From the IMG/VR virus record IMGVR_UViG_3300046542_000361: a stretch of DNA of 64,000 nucleotides; one strand, 5' to 3'. How positions within the stretch are numbered: the first letter of the stretch is position 1; every line of letters begins with the position of its first letter. Shown piece after piece: positions 35,147 through 44,860 of the stretch. A program made the position numbers and the translations under genes. This DNA comes from a virus (Duplodnaviria; Heunggongvirae; Uroviricota; Caudoviricetes). The notes below the pieces were generated by a model, which worked only from the letters and a program-made list of their open reading frames with translations, did no database searches and was not told the DNA's origin.

Positions 35147-37563
35147 GCCGCCTCCTTCTCGTCTTCGGCGAAGTCGATCGGGCAGGCGCCGGCGCCGCAG
35201 TCCACATGCTCGAAGCCGATGTCTTCCTTGACGCTGTCGTTCTCGATCGCCGAGGCAATCATTTCGAATTGCGCCTTCGTCACCGGCTGCTCCGGCTGAT
35301 ACTCATAGGCCGACGTGTCGGTCTGCGGCATCACAGAGCAGCAGCGGATCGAAAACTGGCCGTCGATCAGCGTATGCAGGAAGTGTTCGAAATCGACCAC
35401 CTTCGGATCATACTTGAGGGTGTAGCTGACCTGGTTGCCGGTTTCATTGAGGAGGGACTGACCGGCCTCGTCGACGCCGTGGATCCAATACTTCTCCAGC
35501 AGGCGCAGGAATTCGTATTGATCTTCAGGCGTGGCTTCAGCAGCCGTGACCACCCAGGCGCCACCGTCCAGCTCGCAGATCCGCGGCTTGGTCGGGAAAC
35601 CAACGACGGTCGTGCCTTCGTAGGTCTTCAGCCGCTTCACCGGATAGCCCATTTCCTCATACTGCGCGACCAGCGGGTCGTCGTTGCGGAACTGCACCCA
35701 ACGGATGAACTCGCGCATCGAGGGCAGGTGAGCGCCTTCGGTGAGGCCGAACAGCTTCGAGGTCGTCCCGGCCGGCTTGAACGTCGTGTTGGTGTGCGGC
35801 ACGTTCACGCCGAGGATCGCAGCGAACTCGATCGCCTCCTCGTCGATGGCACGCTTGAAGCGCGACAGCGTCATCCACATCGCCTTCGACTTTTCCTCGT
35901 TGACGATATCGTGCCAGGTGAAGCCGAAGCGGGCATAGGCCCATTCATGGAAGCCGGTGATGCCGACGCCGATGCGGTTGGTGCGGTTGACCTCGCGCCG
36001 ATAAAGGCAGTCCATCGTGTTGACGCGCATCAGCGCACGCACAGCGGCACGGAAGGCGCTTTCAGCGTCGTCGTCGTTCTGGGCATGGAACGGCACCACG
36101 TCAGCGATGACGCAGTAAGCGCCAAGCATCAGCAGCGTGATCTCGCCGCAAGGGTTTGTGATCATGGTGTATTTGACACCCATAACCACGCGAGCGAGGG
36201 CTGCCATCAGCGGCACGGTTTCGGCGTCGACCTGGAAGCGCGAGGAGCCGGCATAGAGCCCGTCGACATAATCCTCGATGCCGTCGTTGTTCTGCGTCAG
36301 CTTGTCCTGATTAATGATGCCGGGCTCGCCGGTGCCATCGAAGTAGGAAGCCTTGGCGAGCTCGATCAGCACCTTCCAGGCGTGCGCCTCGATCTCGGTG
36401 ATGGCGTTGATGGCACGCAGGAACACCAGGCGCTGCACGGAGTTCGTCAGATCGCCGTCGCCGAGCTGGTTGCGAACCTTCTTACAGGCGGCGCGGAACT
36501 CGTCATCGATGGTGACGGAGTTGTTCGAAGACCAGAGGAAGCCACCGCGCTTCAGCTGGATGAAGCCGAAGATCGTCTTGTCCTTCCAGTGCTTCGTCGC
36601 CATACGGGCAGCGCGGCGCGCACCGCCGACGAGAACGCACTCGGCCGCGTAGTGGTCGGCATACATTGCGGCACGCCACGGCTCCATGCCGGCATCGCGC
36701 AGCAGTGCGATATTGGCGATCGCCGACATCAGCGGGCCGGGGCCAGACGCCGGGCGGTTCTGCATGCCCTTGATCGGAGAACCGTTCTCGCGCACGCCGG
36801 TAAAGTCGAGGATCAACACCTCGTCGCGGCGACCTTCGAAGGCCATGCGCTCGATGATTTCGACGGCTTTCGCCCAGCCCTCGCGGCTGTCGGGCACTTC
36901 GAAGATGGTGGTCTTGCGGCCGGCATAGAGGTGCTCGGCGTCGCGGCGCGTCTTGTAGCCCGAGATCAGTCCGCGCTGCACGTCCTTGTGCGACCAGTCG
37001 ATGACAGGCACGACGATCGGCATTTCGTTGTAGTCGGCGCGGATCATCAAGTCGTCATATGCGCGACCGACGCCGGAGCCGTTGAGCAGCAGATAGAAGA
37101 GCAGGAAGGTGGCAGCTGCCGTCGAGCAGTTGGTGAAGACTTCCTGGTTGCGTTCCGGCTGCGTCTCGTCGCCGTGCTGCAGGTGCCGGCCGGACATCAG
37201 GAGCGAGGCCTGGCGCAGATGGTGATTGAGCGTCGAATATTCGAACTGCTGGGCGTTTGCGCCACGCGGATCGAGCAGCGAGTTACCAAGGGCGACACGA
37301 TGGGCAACGTCGGACCAGGTCTCAACGCGCGTTGGCGGCTTTGCCCAGTGAGTGAAGCTGTTGGCATGATCGATGCCGATCGCGATACCCTGCGCGGCGG
37401 CAGCTCCGACGTAGAACTCGCGGTTCGGGTCGTTCTCGCTGATGACCGGAAACGACGGGAATTGCACTGCGGAATAGTCGGGGATCTTACGGTTGATGGT
37501 GCGGTCAGCGACAGCCTGACCCATGCCAGGGAAGTAATCCCTGGCGGGCGTGAACATATTCAT
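35143..37563 (-). CDS. nrdJ: class II (adenosylcobalamin-dependent) ribonucleotide reductase
   Basis: 806 aa. Active-site MITNPCGEITL. RBS CAGGAGTAA. Confidence 0.8.
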   Translation of the reverse strand: MNMFTPARDYFPGMGQAVADRTINRKIPDYSAVQFPSFPVISENDPNREFYVGAAAAQGIAIGIDHANSFTHWAKPPTRVETWSDVAHRVALGNSLLDPRGANAQQFEYSTLNHHLRQASLLMSGRHLQHGDETQPERNQEVFTNCSTAAATFLLFYLLLNGSGVGRAYDDLMIRADYNEMPIVVPVIDWSHKDVQRGLISGYKTRRDAEHLYAGRKTTIFEVPDSREGWAKAVEIIERMAFEGRRDEVLILDFTGVRENGSPIKGMQNRPASGPGPLMSAIANIALLRDAGMEPWRAAMYADHYAAECVLVGGARRAARMATKHWKDKTIFGFIQLKRGGFLWSSNNSVTIDDEFRAACKKVRNQLGDGDLTNSVQRLVFLRAINAITEIEAHAWKVLIELAKASYFDGTGEPGIINQDKLTQNNDGIEDYVDGLYAGSSRFQVDAETVPLMAALARVVMGVKYTMITNPCGEITLLMLGAYCVIADVVPFHAQNDDDAESAFRAAVRALMRVNTMDCLYRREVNRTNRIGVGITGFHEWAYARFGFTWHDIVNEEKSKAMWMTLSRFKRAIDEEAIEFAAILGVNVPHTNTTFKPAGTTSKLFGLTEGAHLPSMREFIRWVQFRNDDPLVAQYEEMGYPVKRLKTYEGTTVVGFPTKPRICELDGGAWVVTAAEATPEDQYEFLRLLEKYWIHGVDEAGQSLLNETGNQVSYTLKYDPKVVDFEHFLHTLIDGQFSIRCCSVMPQTDTSAYEYQPEQPVTKAQFEMIASAIENDSVKEDIGFEHVDCGAGACPIDFAEDEKEAA

Positions 37564-37597
37564 AATTTACTCCTGATTTTCGAAAGGCACCTATGCT

Positions 37598-37623
37598 AAA
37601 TCAATATTGATTGACTGCATAGG
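37598..37623 (-). promoter_or_regulatory. conserved motif copy (AAATCAATATTGATTGACTGCATAGG) upstream of nrdJ
   Basis: Dyad ATCAAT-ATTG-ATTGA. Confidence 0.5.
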
Positions 37624-37640
37624 CTTGTATTTTACGCAGT

Positions 37641-38213
37641 TTATGCAGCTGCCTTTTGGCTCGCGGCGAGGATCTGCACAGCCTGCCGGAAGCTCGGCAG
37701 CTTGATACCGGCATGCACGACACCCACGCCGTCGGCCAGGTGTTCGTTCTTCTGGGTTGGCACCATGACGCCACCGCGCTTTGTCGTCAGCCACGGTGCA
37801 TCAGGGTAGAGGTTGAATGCCCAGTGGATCATTTCCTCTTTCGACGCGGTGCGGGTGCCGACCGCGGCAATCTTCGTCTGCGCCGGCGCCACTTCTTCCG
37901 GCACGACGTCGAGGCCAGCATAGAGGCCGATCACGATCCCGAAGCCGAGCACAGCGTCGTAGCTCTTTCCGCCAAACGGGACTTCAGCGAAGGTGATGAT
38001 GCAATCCTTGGTGAACTCATTGGCCTCGGCCGCAAGCTTCTTGGCGCGCTCGAAGGTGTCAGAAGATGCACGCATCTTCTTGGTCTGCTCCTTCTCCGTC
38101 TCGATCAGCTTCAGATCGAGAACCGACAGCGCGCCGCTGCCGATATCATATTCCATTTTCGCAATACCGAAATTGCGCAGCGAGCCGTCGAGGCCGGCGA
38201 TCTTGATCTTCAT
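37641..38213 (-). CDS. RuvC-like Holliday junction resolvase (putative)
   Basis: N-terminal MKIKIAGLDGS (compare RuvC GIDPGS) and EHLADGVGVVHAG (compare RuvC DAADALAIA). 190 aa. Confidence 0.55.
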   Translation of the reverse strand: MKIKIAGLDGSLRNFGIAKMEYDIGSGALSVLDLKLIETEKEQTKKMRASSDTFERAKKLAAEANEFTKDCIITFAEVPFGGKSYDAVLGFGIVIGLYAGLDVVPEEVAPAQTKIAAVGTRTASKEEMIHWAFNLYPDAPWLTTKRGGVMVPTQKNEHLADGVGVVHAGIKLPSFRQAVQILAASQKAAA

Positions 38214-38216
38214 GTG

Positions 38217-38720
38217 TCAGAACCTTCCGAAGTTGGGATTAGTCTCATAGGCTTTCGAAGCCTCCTTCTTTTCCGCGAGCGCGAGCAGGGCCACCTCGGC
38301 GTCTTCGTTGATCAGATTGATCTTCACGTTTGCGACGATCTCGCGGAAATCCTCGCATTCGGTGATATCGAGCGCCTCTGCCAGGGATGAGCCGACCAGG
38401 GGAAAGACGGCGTCCATCGAGGCTTCGTCGACGTCAGCCCAGTCGTATTCCTTGGTCTCGACCGGCACTGCCTTGAAGATCAGCTGACCCTTGGCGCCGA
38501 GGTAGAAATCGTTCAGAAAGTGCTCCGATGCCGGGAGCAGGGGCCTTTGACGATAGCCAGGGCGCGGGTCGCTCTGCTTCATCACCGGGCGTGTGTGCAT
38601 GCCTTCAACGGCGAAAGGCTCATCGATCGACTTCAGAACTTCCAGCAAACGCTTGCCGGCGCGCTCGGTCAGAGCCTTTTCCTCTTCGCCGATCGGCGTC
38701 TTGGTTGATTTGGGTGGCAT
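38217..38720 (-). CDS. hypothetical protein ending in …KAYETNPNFGRF
   Basis: RBS GAGGAA. The motif lies immediately upstream at 38733-38774. Carries the C-terminal GRF tail. Confidence 0.55.
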   Translation of the reverse strand: MPPKSTKTPIGEEEKALTERAGKRLLEVLKSIDEPFAVEGMHTRPVMKQSDPRPGYRQRPLLPASEHFLNDFYLGAKGQLIFKAVPVETKEYDWADVDEASMDAVFPLVGSSLAEALDITECEDFREIVANVKINLINEDAEVALLALAEKKEASKAYETNPNFGRF

Positions 38721-38732
38721 TCATTCCTCGTG

Positions 38733-38774
38733 AGTCAATTTTTACTGACTGCTGAATAGTCAGTTTGGCCTTGG
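38733..38774 (-). promoter_or_regulatory. conserved motif copy (AGTCAATTTTTACTGACTGCTGAATAGTCAGTTTGG), about 12 nt from the RBS of the 38217 gene
   Basis: Both modules present (TTTACTGAC core and GAATAGTCAGTTT). Confidence 0.5.
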
Positions 38775-38787
38775 TGTTTCGAAAATT

Positions 38788-38955
38788 TTAGTTGGCGATC
38801 GGTTCGCTCGGCTTTTGATGGCCGAGGCCGCGGATCAGGTGGTAGCCGCTGTCCTGCAGTTTGATCACCCGACCAAAGGTGTCGAACGGGCCGGCGATGA
38901 CCATAACCTGTCCTGGGACAGCGGACGTTTGGAGCTGATAGAGATTGCCGCTCAT
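38788..38955 (-). CDS. hypothetical small protein (55 aa, from MSGNLYQLQ)
   Basis: ATGA coupling with the 38952 gene. Confidence 0.45.
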   Translation of the reverse strand: MSGNLYQLQTSAVPGQVMVIAGPFDTFGRVIKLQDSGYHLIRGLGHQKPSEPIAN

Positions 38956-39356
38956 GCCGCTTTCTCCTTCTTCACTGCGAGCTCCTGCGCTCGCTTTCTC
39001 CAAAATCGCCAGAGGACATTGCCTTCGACGGCAGCCTCGACGCGCTGAAACGTGCTGCGCGGGATCGGCACGAATTCCTTCCAGCGCAGCCGCTCCTCGG
39101 TGTTCATGTCGAGCGGGTGCTTACCCATGCCGGCCGCGAAGGCGAACTTGAGCAGGTCCGTCAGGTCGACGGCATCAGCCGTTGCACAGTCGCTGTCGAA
39201 CTCAACCAGCTTGCGGATCTCACAAGCGAAGAACCAGGCGCGCATGCCGCCCTTGTAGCCCTCGGGCATCTTCGGCGCGGTCTTCTCCCATTCGTCGATA
39301 TACCTGGGATGCACCGACCAGAAGAGATAGGCGAGATCATCGATCTTATCGCTCAT
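38952..39356 (-). CDS. hypothetical protein
   Basis: ORF track. ATGA coupling. Confidence 0.55.
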   Translation of the reverse strand: MSDKIDDLAYLFWSVHPRYIDEWEKTAPKMPEGYKGGMRAWFFACEIRKLVEFDSDCATADAVDLTDLLKFAFAAGMGKHPLDMNTEERLRWKEFVPIPRSTFQRVEAAVEGNVLWRFWRKRAQELAVKKEKAA

Positions 39357-39706
39357 GCTTTCACCAGTGCCGCTTCGAGAACGATCCGGGCCTCATGCAG
39401 GCACTTCTCTTTCTCGGTGCCCTTAAACCAGCCCCAGACGTGGATCTGCTTGAAGAACCGGCTGTCCCTGTTCCACCAGGTCTCGAAATCCTCGTCAGAC
39501 CACCCGTAGGTGTCCTGCTTGATGCGCTTTTCGAGCGCCTTTGCCGCGCGATCGACCATTTCGTCGGTAACGAACACCTTCTCCAGCGCGCAGATCGCCG
39601 GGGCGATCAAGCCATCAGCGAACTCCGCTTGCTCAACAACCTCGCCGGCCTTGAGCTTTGCATAGGCGTGCCGAAGCTGCGCCAAATGGTAGACAATGTT
39701 CGTCAT
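39353..39706 (-). CDS. hypothetical protein (from MTNIVYHLAQL)
   Basis: The ATG at 39706 overlaps the sbcC stop. Confidence 0.5.
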   Translation of the reverse strand: MTNIVYHLAQLRHAYAKLKAGEVVEQAEFADGLIAPAICALEKVFVTDEMVDRAAKALEKRIKQDTYGWSDEDFETWWNRDSRFFKQIHVWGWFKGTEKEKCLHEARIVLEAALVKA

Positions 39707-41649
39707 GCCGCTACCTCTCTGACCGTCGTCTCGCCGGCCTTCTTCTCGATTTCGATGACCTGCGGGATCCAATCACGCAACGAATTGTGGCTGATCACGA
39801 AGACCGAGCCGCGCTCCTTGGCCTTCTCCTCGAGCACCTGCATCAGTCGCTCGAGCCCAGCCTCATCGAGCGCATCGTCAATCTCGTCGCCGAGGAAGAG
39901 CTCGATCGGCTTCGTCGCGCGGGTCGCGACCAGATCCTGCAGCGCCAGCGCACATGCAATCCGGACCTTGCGCTTCTCGCCGCCCGACTGCAGGCCGAAC
40001 CGCTTGCCGCCCATCGTGTTCTCAACCTCGATCGAGAACTTCTCCTTCAGCTCGCCTTTGGCGTTCGGCACAAGCGTCGTCCAGGTCGCGGTGATGTTGC
40101 CATCCGACAGCGTGCCGAGATAATGCGCCGTGCGCTGATTGAGGAACGGCGTCACATCGTCCATGATGTGGGCGCGGACCCCTGCCGGCGAGAAGACCTT
40201 CACCACCGCGTCGGCGTGTGCAACGTCGGTATCGGCCTTCACCTTCTCGTCGGCGAGCTCCACGAGTTGCTGACCTTGCTCTTCGATCTGCGCCTTGAAG
40301 CGCTCGATGGTGCGATCGTGCGGGTTTTTCTCGACCTTGATGGCTTTCGCGCGTTCGGCGTGCTGCCGCGCTCGGACCACCAGGCTTTCCTTCTCGCGGA
40401 GCAGACTTTCCACTCCGTTCAATTTCTCTTGCAGATCGCGTCTGAGCGTCGTGGCTTCACTGAGATCAGTCATTGACGCTTTGAACGCGTCCCGCTCTTC
40501 AGTGAGCTTCTGTGCGTTGTTCTGAGCATCTGCCAGCGCAAGCTTAGCTGCTTTGTGCTCGTCAGCGACTGCGTTGGCAGCTTTGACCGCTGCAATGCGG
40601 GCCGTAGCCACTTCGGCCTGGGTGATCTCGCGACCGCAGCCGTCGCACGGGCAGCCGACCTTGTGATCGATATTGGTGAGATCGGCGCGCATTTGCTGAT
40701 GCTTGCCGGCGAGGCGCTGCATTTCGCGCTGAAAGCCGAGCGTATAAGCATTGGCCGTCGCCAGAGCCTTTTCATGATCGGCGAGCTCCTGCTGCTCATG
40801 TCCGACGGCCGCGATCTTATCGTCGAGATCCTTGATCCGGGTCTCGAGCTCGGTCTTCACCGGCTCTGCTTGGATCAGCGCCTCGGCATCGCGGACCTTC
40901 TGCACGAAGTCGCGTGCAAAGCCGGTCTCCTGCGCAACACGCGCAAGGCGCTCCGTCTCCCAGGTCTCATGTTGAGCCTCGGCGTTCTTCAGATTGTCCT
41001 CGTCGCGATCGCGGGCTAGGATGATATTGTCGAACTTGGTGACGACGCCGGCAGCCGCAGTCTTTGCATCACCGGCGCGCTGTCGGGCGACGGAATAGGC
41101 TTCTTCCAGCACAGTCACGCCGGACGCCTCTTCGATCAGGATCTTGAGCTGCTTGTCGGTCATGCCGGGCAGATCAGGCATGCGCTCCTGGCCTGCATAG
41201 ATCGAACCGACGAACACGTCGAGCGAGCAGCCGAGGATCTTGTCGACCACTTCCTGCGTCAGCTTGTCGGTGCCCTTGGTGAGGTCACCCCAGGCGGCGC
41301 CGAGCGTCGGGGCCAGGTGGCTGACGATCAAGGCGTTCTTGTGCGTCTTGTGCTTGCGATGGCGCGCGATCACGTAGATATGACCGTTGTCGTTGACCTC
41401 GACGACGACACGCGTGCCCTTGCCGGCCTTGTCGTTGATGATGGCGTCGCCGGACTCGTCGCGAGCGGTTACGCCGTAGAGCGCCCAGCAGAGCGCGTCG
41501 AAGATCGAGGACTTGCCGGCGCCGTTCGACATCGCCGAGGTGTCGTCGAGATTGGCACCCTGGATCAGCACCAGGCCGCGGTCGTTCAGAACGAACTCGG
41601 CGCTGGTGATCGCCATGAAGTTCTCGATGGTGAGTTTGGTGAATTTCAA
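39703..41649 (-). CDS. sbcC: SbcC / Rad50-like ATPase (gp46-like)
   Basis: Walker A GANGAGKSS, central zinc hook CPCDGCG, C-terminal Walker B / D-loop LFLGDEIDDALD. TTG start coupled to the upstream stop. Confidence 0.85.
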   Translation of the reverse strand: MKFTKLTIENFMAITSAEFVLNDRGLVLIQGANLDDTSAMSNGAGKSSIFDALCWALYGVTARDESGDAIINDKAGKGTRVVVEVNDNGHIYVIARHRKHKTHKNALIVSHLAPTLGAAWGDLTKGTDKLTQEVVDKILGCSLDVFVGSIYAGQERMPDLPGMTDKQLKILIEEASGVTVLEEAYSVARQRAGDAKTAAAGVVTKFDNIILARDRDEDNLKNAEAQHETWETERLARVAQETGFARDFVQKVRDAEALIQAEPVKTELETRIKDLDDKIAAVGHEQQELADHEKALATANAYTLGFQREMQRLAGKHQQMRADLTNIDHKVGCPCDGCGREITQAEVATARIAAVKAANAVADEHKAAKLALADAQNNAQKLTEERDAFKASMTDLSEATTLRRDLQEKLNGVESLLREKESLVVRARQHAERAKAIKVEKNPHDRTIERFKAQIEEQGQQLVELADEKVKADTDVAHADAVVKVFSPAGVRAHIMDDVTPFLNQRTAHYLGTLSDGNITATWTTLVPNAKGELKEKFSIEVENTMGGKRFGLQSGGEKRKVRIACALALQDLVATRATKPIELFLGDEIDDALDEAGLERLMQVLEEKAKERGSVFVISHNSLRDWIPQVIEIEKKAGETTVREVAA

Positions 41650-41864
41650 GCGCGTGGCTCCCGATAGTTGCGAAAGATGATCGCCGCCGAACTCATGAGC
41701 TGGCGCGTCTCGGCCTCACTCTCCGGCTCGAGGACCAACCATCCGTCTTCAGTTTTGAGGGCGAAGTTCTGACTGCCGTGTTGACCGCAAAAGTTCGGTG
41801 CGATCTCGACGGTTTGGATTTTGGATCGGCGCGGCGATCCCGTTTTGCGGGTCCACATCTTCAT
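41646..41864 (-). CDS. hypothetical small protein (from MKMWTRK)
   Basis: ATGA coupling. Confidence 0.45.
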   Translation of the reverse strand: MKMWTRKTGSPRRSKIQTVEIAPNFCGQHGSQNFALKTEDGWLVLEPESEAETRQLMSSAAIIFRNYREPRA

Positions 41865-42070
41865 CAGCTCCAATCCTCCAAAGCCATGTGAAATTCGTCC
41901 CGAAGCTCTTCGTCGCCGGCGAGTTGAGCCAGCACAGCGAAGAGAAGTTCGGTGATGCCGCTTCCATCAGACGTCCACTGATTGATTGCGGCAGCGACAA
42001 TCTCTGGAATGTCGCCTTTAGGCGCCAACAGAACATTGGCGAGAATCTGATGCTTGCTCATCGACATCAT
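41864..42070 (-). CDS. hypothetical small acidic protein
   Basis: ATGA coupling. Confidence 0.5.
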   Translation of the reverse strand: MMSMSKHQILANVLLAPKGDIPEIVAAAINQWTSDGSGITELLFAVLAQLAGDEELRDEFHMALEDWS

Positions 42071-42609
42071 TTCGCTCCGAAGGTTTCGGCGATCGTCTTG
42101 GCAACGTCTTCGCGGATCGCCTTCAACGCCTCGACCTTCCAGTCGTGCTCAAGCGTGCCGCCCATTCGAGGAATGCGCTCTTCAAGCCGCTTGGCGAGAA
42201 TATCTGTCGCGTCCTTCACGCGGCGCTCGACCGTTCCGACCTGCTCAGTGACCGCGGCGTCGACTTTCTCATTCACCGCCCTAGAAAGAAGCTGCCGGAA
42301 CTCGTCGGGCAGTTTCTTCTGCGCAACGGAGCCCCAGCCACCGGCACGGACGGACTCAACGAGGCTTGAGAGCTTCTTGTCGAGCTCGGCGCGCAGGGCT
42401 ATATCGTTTCTGACCGCCTCGACCAAGTCGTTTTTGTGCTCCTTGAAGCACTCCTCGATCAGCTTCCGGACGTCGGTCGAAACGTCGTTCTGATAGAGGT
42501 TGCGCGTAACCTCGACAATCACGGCGCGCTGCAATTCCAGCTTGAAGTCCGGATCCATTTCGACGAGCTTGGCGAGAGCCGAGCCATCGAGGCGAATAAC
42601 TGTGGTCAT
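42067..42609 (-). CDS. hypothetical protein (180 aa)
   Basis: RBS AGGGGTAAG. Confidence 0.55.
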   Translation of the reverse strand: MTTVIRLDGSALAKLVEMDPDFKLELQRAVIVEVTRNLYQNDVSTDVRKLIEECFKEHKNDLVEAVRNDIALRAELDKKLSSLVESVRAGGWGSVAQKKLPDEFRQLLSRAVNEKVDAAVTEQVGTVERRVKDATDILAKRLEERIPRMGGTLEHDWKVEALKAIREDVAKTIAETFGAK

Positions 42610-42959
42610 CACTTACCCCTGTTGTTGATCGCAGCCGTGAGGTCGCCGGTCGCGGCAGCCTGGTTGATCTGCTGTTGTTTCGAAGGCTGGGCGGGACGAG
42701 CCGCTGCACTCGGCGTCGGCGCGCTGTAATCGCGGCGCTCGCGCTTGTGACTGCGCGGCTGCTCACTCGAGACTGCCGTCTGCGCGGTCATGACGAAATT
42801 CAGACCGGTCATCTTGCCGCGATACATCTGCGCCGTCTGAAGCGGCAGATCGTGCATCGAGACACGAACGCGCTCCTCGCGGTCGCCGGTCTTGTTGCCT
42901 TTGGCGTCGAAGGTTGAGATCCGTGTGACCTGATCATAGGTGATGCTGTAAAGCTGCAT
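42609..42959 (-). CDS. hypothetical protein; paralog of the partial gene at 63906..64000
   Basis: C-terminus …AARPAQPSKQQQINQAAATGDLTAAINNRGK versus …AARPAKPAQDNTINHAAMTGDMTAAINAAA at the window end, with about 70% DNA identity over the 3' ends. Confidence 0.55.
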   Translation of the reverse strand: MQLYSITYDQVTRISTFDAKGNKTGDREERVRVSMHDLPLQTAQMYRGKMTGLNFVMTAQTAVSSEQPRSHKRERRDYSAPTPSAAARPAQPSKQQQINQAAATGDLTAAINNRGK

Positions 42960-43024
42960 GATGTTCTTTCCTGCGTGATTTCAATGACTTGATAGACGAT
43001 AGCGCGTCAAAACATGGGTTGCTA

Positions 43025-44116
43025 TCAGGCGTCTTCAGTCACCGCTCTGGCAGCATCGAGCACTTCGGCGCATTCGCGCTTCAGCCGCTCGCGATCGACC
43101 AGCGCCGAGATATCCTTCGCGTCATCGATGAAGTGGGCGACGGACTCGTCGACAGTGACGGTGCCGGCCTTCGGCGTGCCGGTGCGCGCTGTTGCCGCGA
43201 TCTTCTTCGGCGCCATGATGACGACGCCCATTGCGCCGGAGTCCTCGAGGAACTTGCGCAGCTCGGCGATCTCGGCCGAGGTCATTTCCGGGCCGGAGAA
43301 GCGGACATAGTTGCCGTCGGCTGCAAGCGCCATGTCGGTTTCGTCGAGTCCGCTGACATCGACGAAGCGCGGCGCATGGGTCGCATGGAACTCGATCTTG
43401 CCGTCGTCCTGGACGACCATGAAGCCAGCCTTGGTGCCGACGTCGTTCCAGCGCTGATGTGTGGTCGCGCCGATCGACCAGACACCAGGCACAACCTGCT
43501 TGTGATTGTGATAGTCGCCGGCAAAGACGTTGCGGAAGCCGAAGTCTGCCAACATTTCGCCGGTGAGACCGTGTGGCGGGGTGCCGATCAGGACGCCATC
43601 GATACCTGCATGAATGAAGACGTCGATACGCTCAAAAGCGGCGTGCCCTGTCAGCTTCTCGAGATCAGCCATCAGAAGCTCGGTCGTCATGCGATAGGGC
43701 ACAAAGCCGAGCAGGTGGTTGCCGCGGTAGACATGCCGCGCTTCGTTGATGACGTGGAAAGTGCCGTGATCGCTCTTGGTCTGGCTGAGCGTCTCGATGG
43801 CATTACCAAGCTGCGTCGTATCCTTACCGGCCAGGTCGTGATTACCTGGGATCGCGTAGATATCGAGCCCGCTGTCGAGGATCTCTTTGATGACGGCCTG
43901 CAGCGGGTTGAGCACTTCGGGATCAATCGAGCCGCGAACGTGCAGAATGTCGCCGGCGCAGACGATGAATTCAGCGCCAATGCTCTTGGCGTGACGAGCC
44001 GCGCGCAGCAGCTCGTCGAGGGTGATCCGCAGGCGGCCGTTGACGCCATCGACCGTGAACGTCGAGAACGTCGACCATTTATGGCAGTGAAGGTCTGAAA
44101 TGATGACGTAGCTCAT
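43025..44116 (-). CDS. sbcD: SbcD / Mre11-like nuclease (gp47-like)
   Basis: Calcineurin-like phosphoesterase motifs DLH, GDILH, GNHD. 363 aa from MSYVIISDLH. Confidence 0.85.
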   Translation of the reverse strand: MSYVIISDLHCHKWSTFSTFTVDGVNGRLRITLDELLRAARHAKSIGAEFIVCAGDILHVRGSIDPEVLNPLQAVIKEILDSGLDIYAIPGNHDLAGKDTTQLGNAIETLSQTKSDHGTFHVINEARHVYRGNHLLGFVPYRMTTELLMADLEKLTGHAAFERIDVFIHAGIDGVLIGTPPHGLTGEMLADFGFRNVFAGDYHNHKQVVPGVWSIGATTHQRWNDVGTKAGFMVVQDDGKIEFHATHAPRFVDVSGLDETDMALAADGNYVRFSGPEMTSAEIAELRKFLEDSGAMGVVIMAPKKIAATARTGTPKAGTVTVDESVAHFIDDAKDISALVDRERLKRECAEVLDAARAVTEDA

Positions 44117-44289
44117 GCGCTCTTTTCCCCCGTGATTGCTTCGACTACCCAACGCAGGACGGTGAGGCTTGCGGCAAAGATGACCACGCCGGCATCCCCT
44201 CGGTTTGCGGCCCAGGCGACAGGCGCCACATTTACGATCGCACTGGCGACACCGAGCGCGCCGGCCGCTGAAATAATGCGGTTAAACAT
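44113..44289 (-). CDS. small two-TM membrane protein, 58 aa
   Basis: Not in the ORF track. RBS AGGAGAA. Stop overlaps the sbcD ATG (ATGA). Two motif copies lie upstream at 44304-44379. Confidence 0.5.
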   Translation of the reverse strand: MFNRIISAAGALGVASAIVNVAPVAWAANRGDAGVVIFAASLTVLRWVVEAITGEKSA

Positions 44290-44303
44290 AAAGTTCTCCT
44301 GTA

Positions 44304-44379
44304 AGTCATTATTGACTGACTAGCGTTTGAATAGCGCGTCGCACAACGGGAAGCAATCAATATTTACTGACTATTTGAC
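44304..44379 (-). promoter_or_regulatory. two tandem motif copies upstream of the small membrane gene / sbcD operon
   Basis: AGTCATTATTGACTGACTAGCGTTTGAATAGC and CAATCAATATTTACTGACTATTTGAC. Confidence 0.5.
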
Positions 44380-44414
44380 GGAAAGATGAAGCCGCCCGAA
44401 GGCGGCTCACAGTC

Positions 44415-44825
44415 TCAGAAAACTTCGTGCAGGGCGTCGATGATAACCCACGGCGACAATGCCTCATGCATGTCGTCCAGGCGAATCCAGCGAATTTTGT
44501 TATTCTCGCTAGCGTAGATGTAGCCGGTTAGTTCCTCGTCTCCTGCAACGAAGACAGCGCCCTCGATAACAATGCTGCCGGACACATTCTGTGCGCGTTT
44601 GAGAGTGTCGACCAAATCCTTCCCGTTATCACCGTCCTGTTTTGGCTCGAAATCGCTGATAGCGTGCTTGCCGATATGCGTGGCGTAGCAGGCCTGCGCG
44701 AGTGTCACCGCGGTCTTCCAATCTTCAGCCACGATATGCAAATCTTGATCGTGACCGGTCTTTTCCTGTGCAAACGGATCTCGCACCGGGGTGCCAGCGG
44801 GAATGCTAATTGTGAATGCCTTCAA
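44415..44825 (-). CDS. hypothetical protein (TTG start)
   Basis: RBS GAAGGAAGAAAG in front of the TTG. Confidence 0.5.
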   Translation of the reverse strand: MKAFTISIPAGTPVRDPFAQEKTGHDQDLHIVAEDWKTAVTLAQACYATHIGKHAISDFEPKQDGDNGKDLVDTLKRAQNVSGSIVIEGAVFVAGDEELTGYIYASENNKIRWIRLDDMHEALSPWVIIDALHEVF

Positions 44826-44860
44826 AGCTTTCTTCCTTCTGAAATAGCGATTTCTACCTA

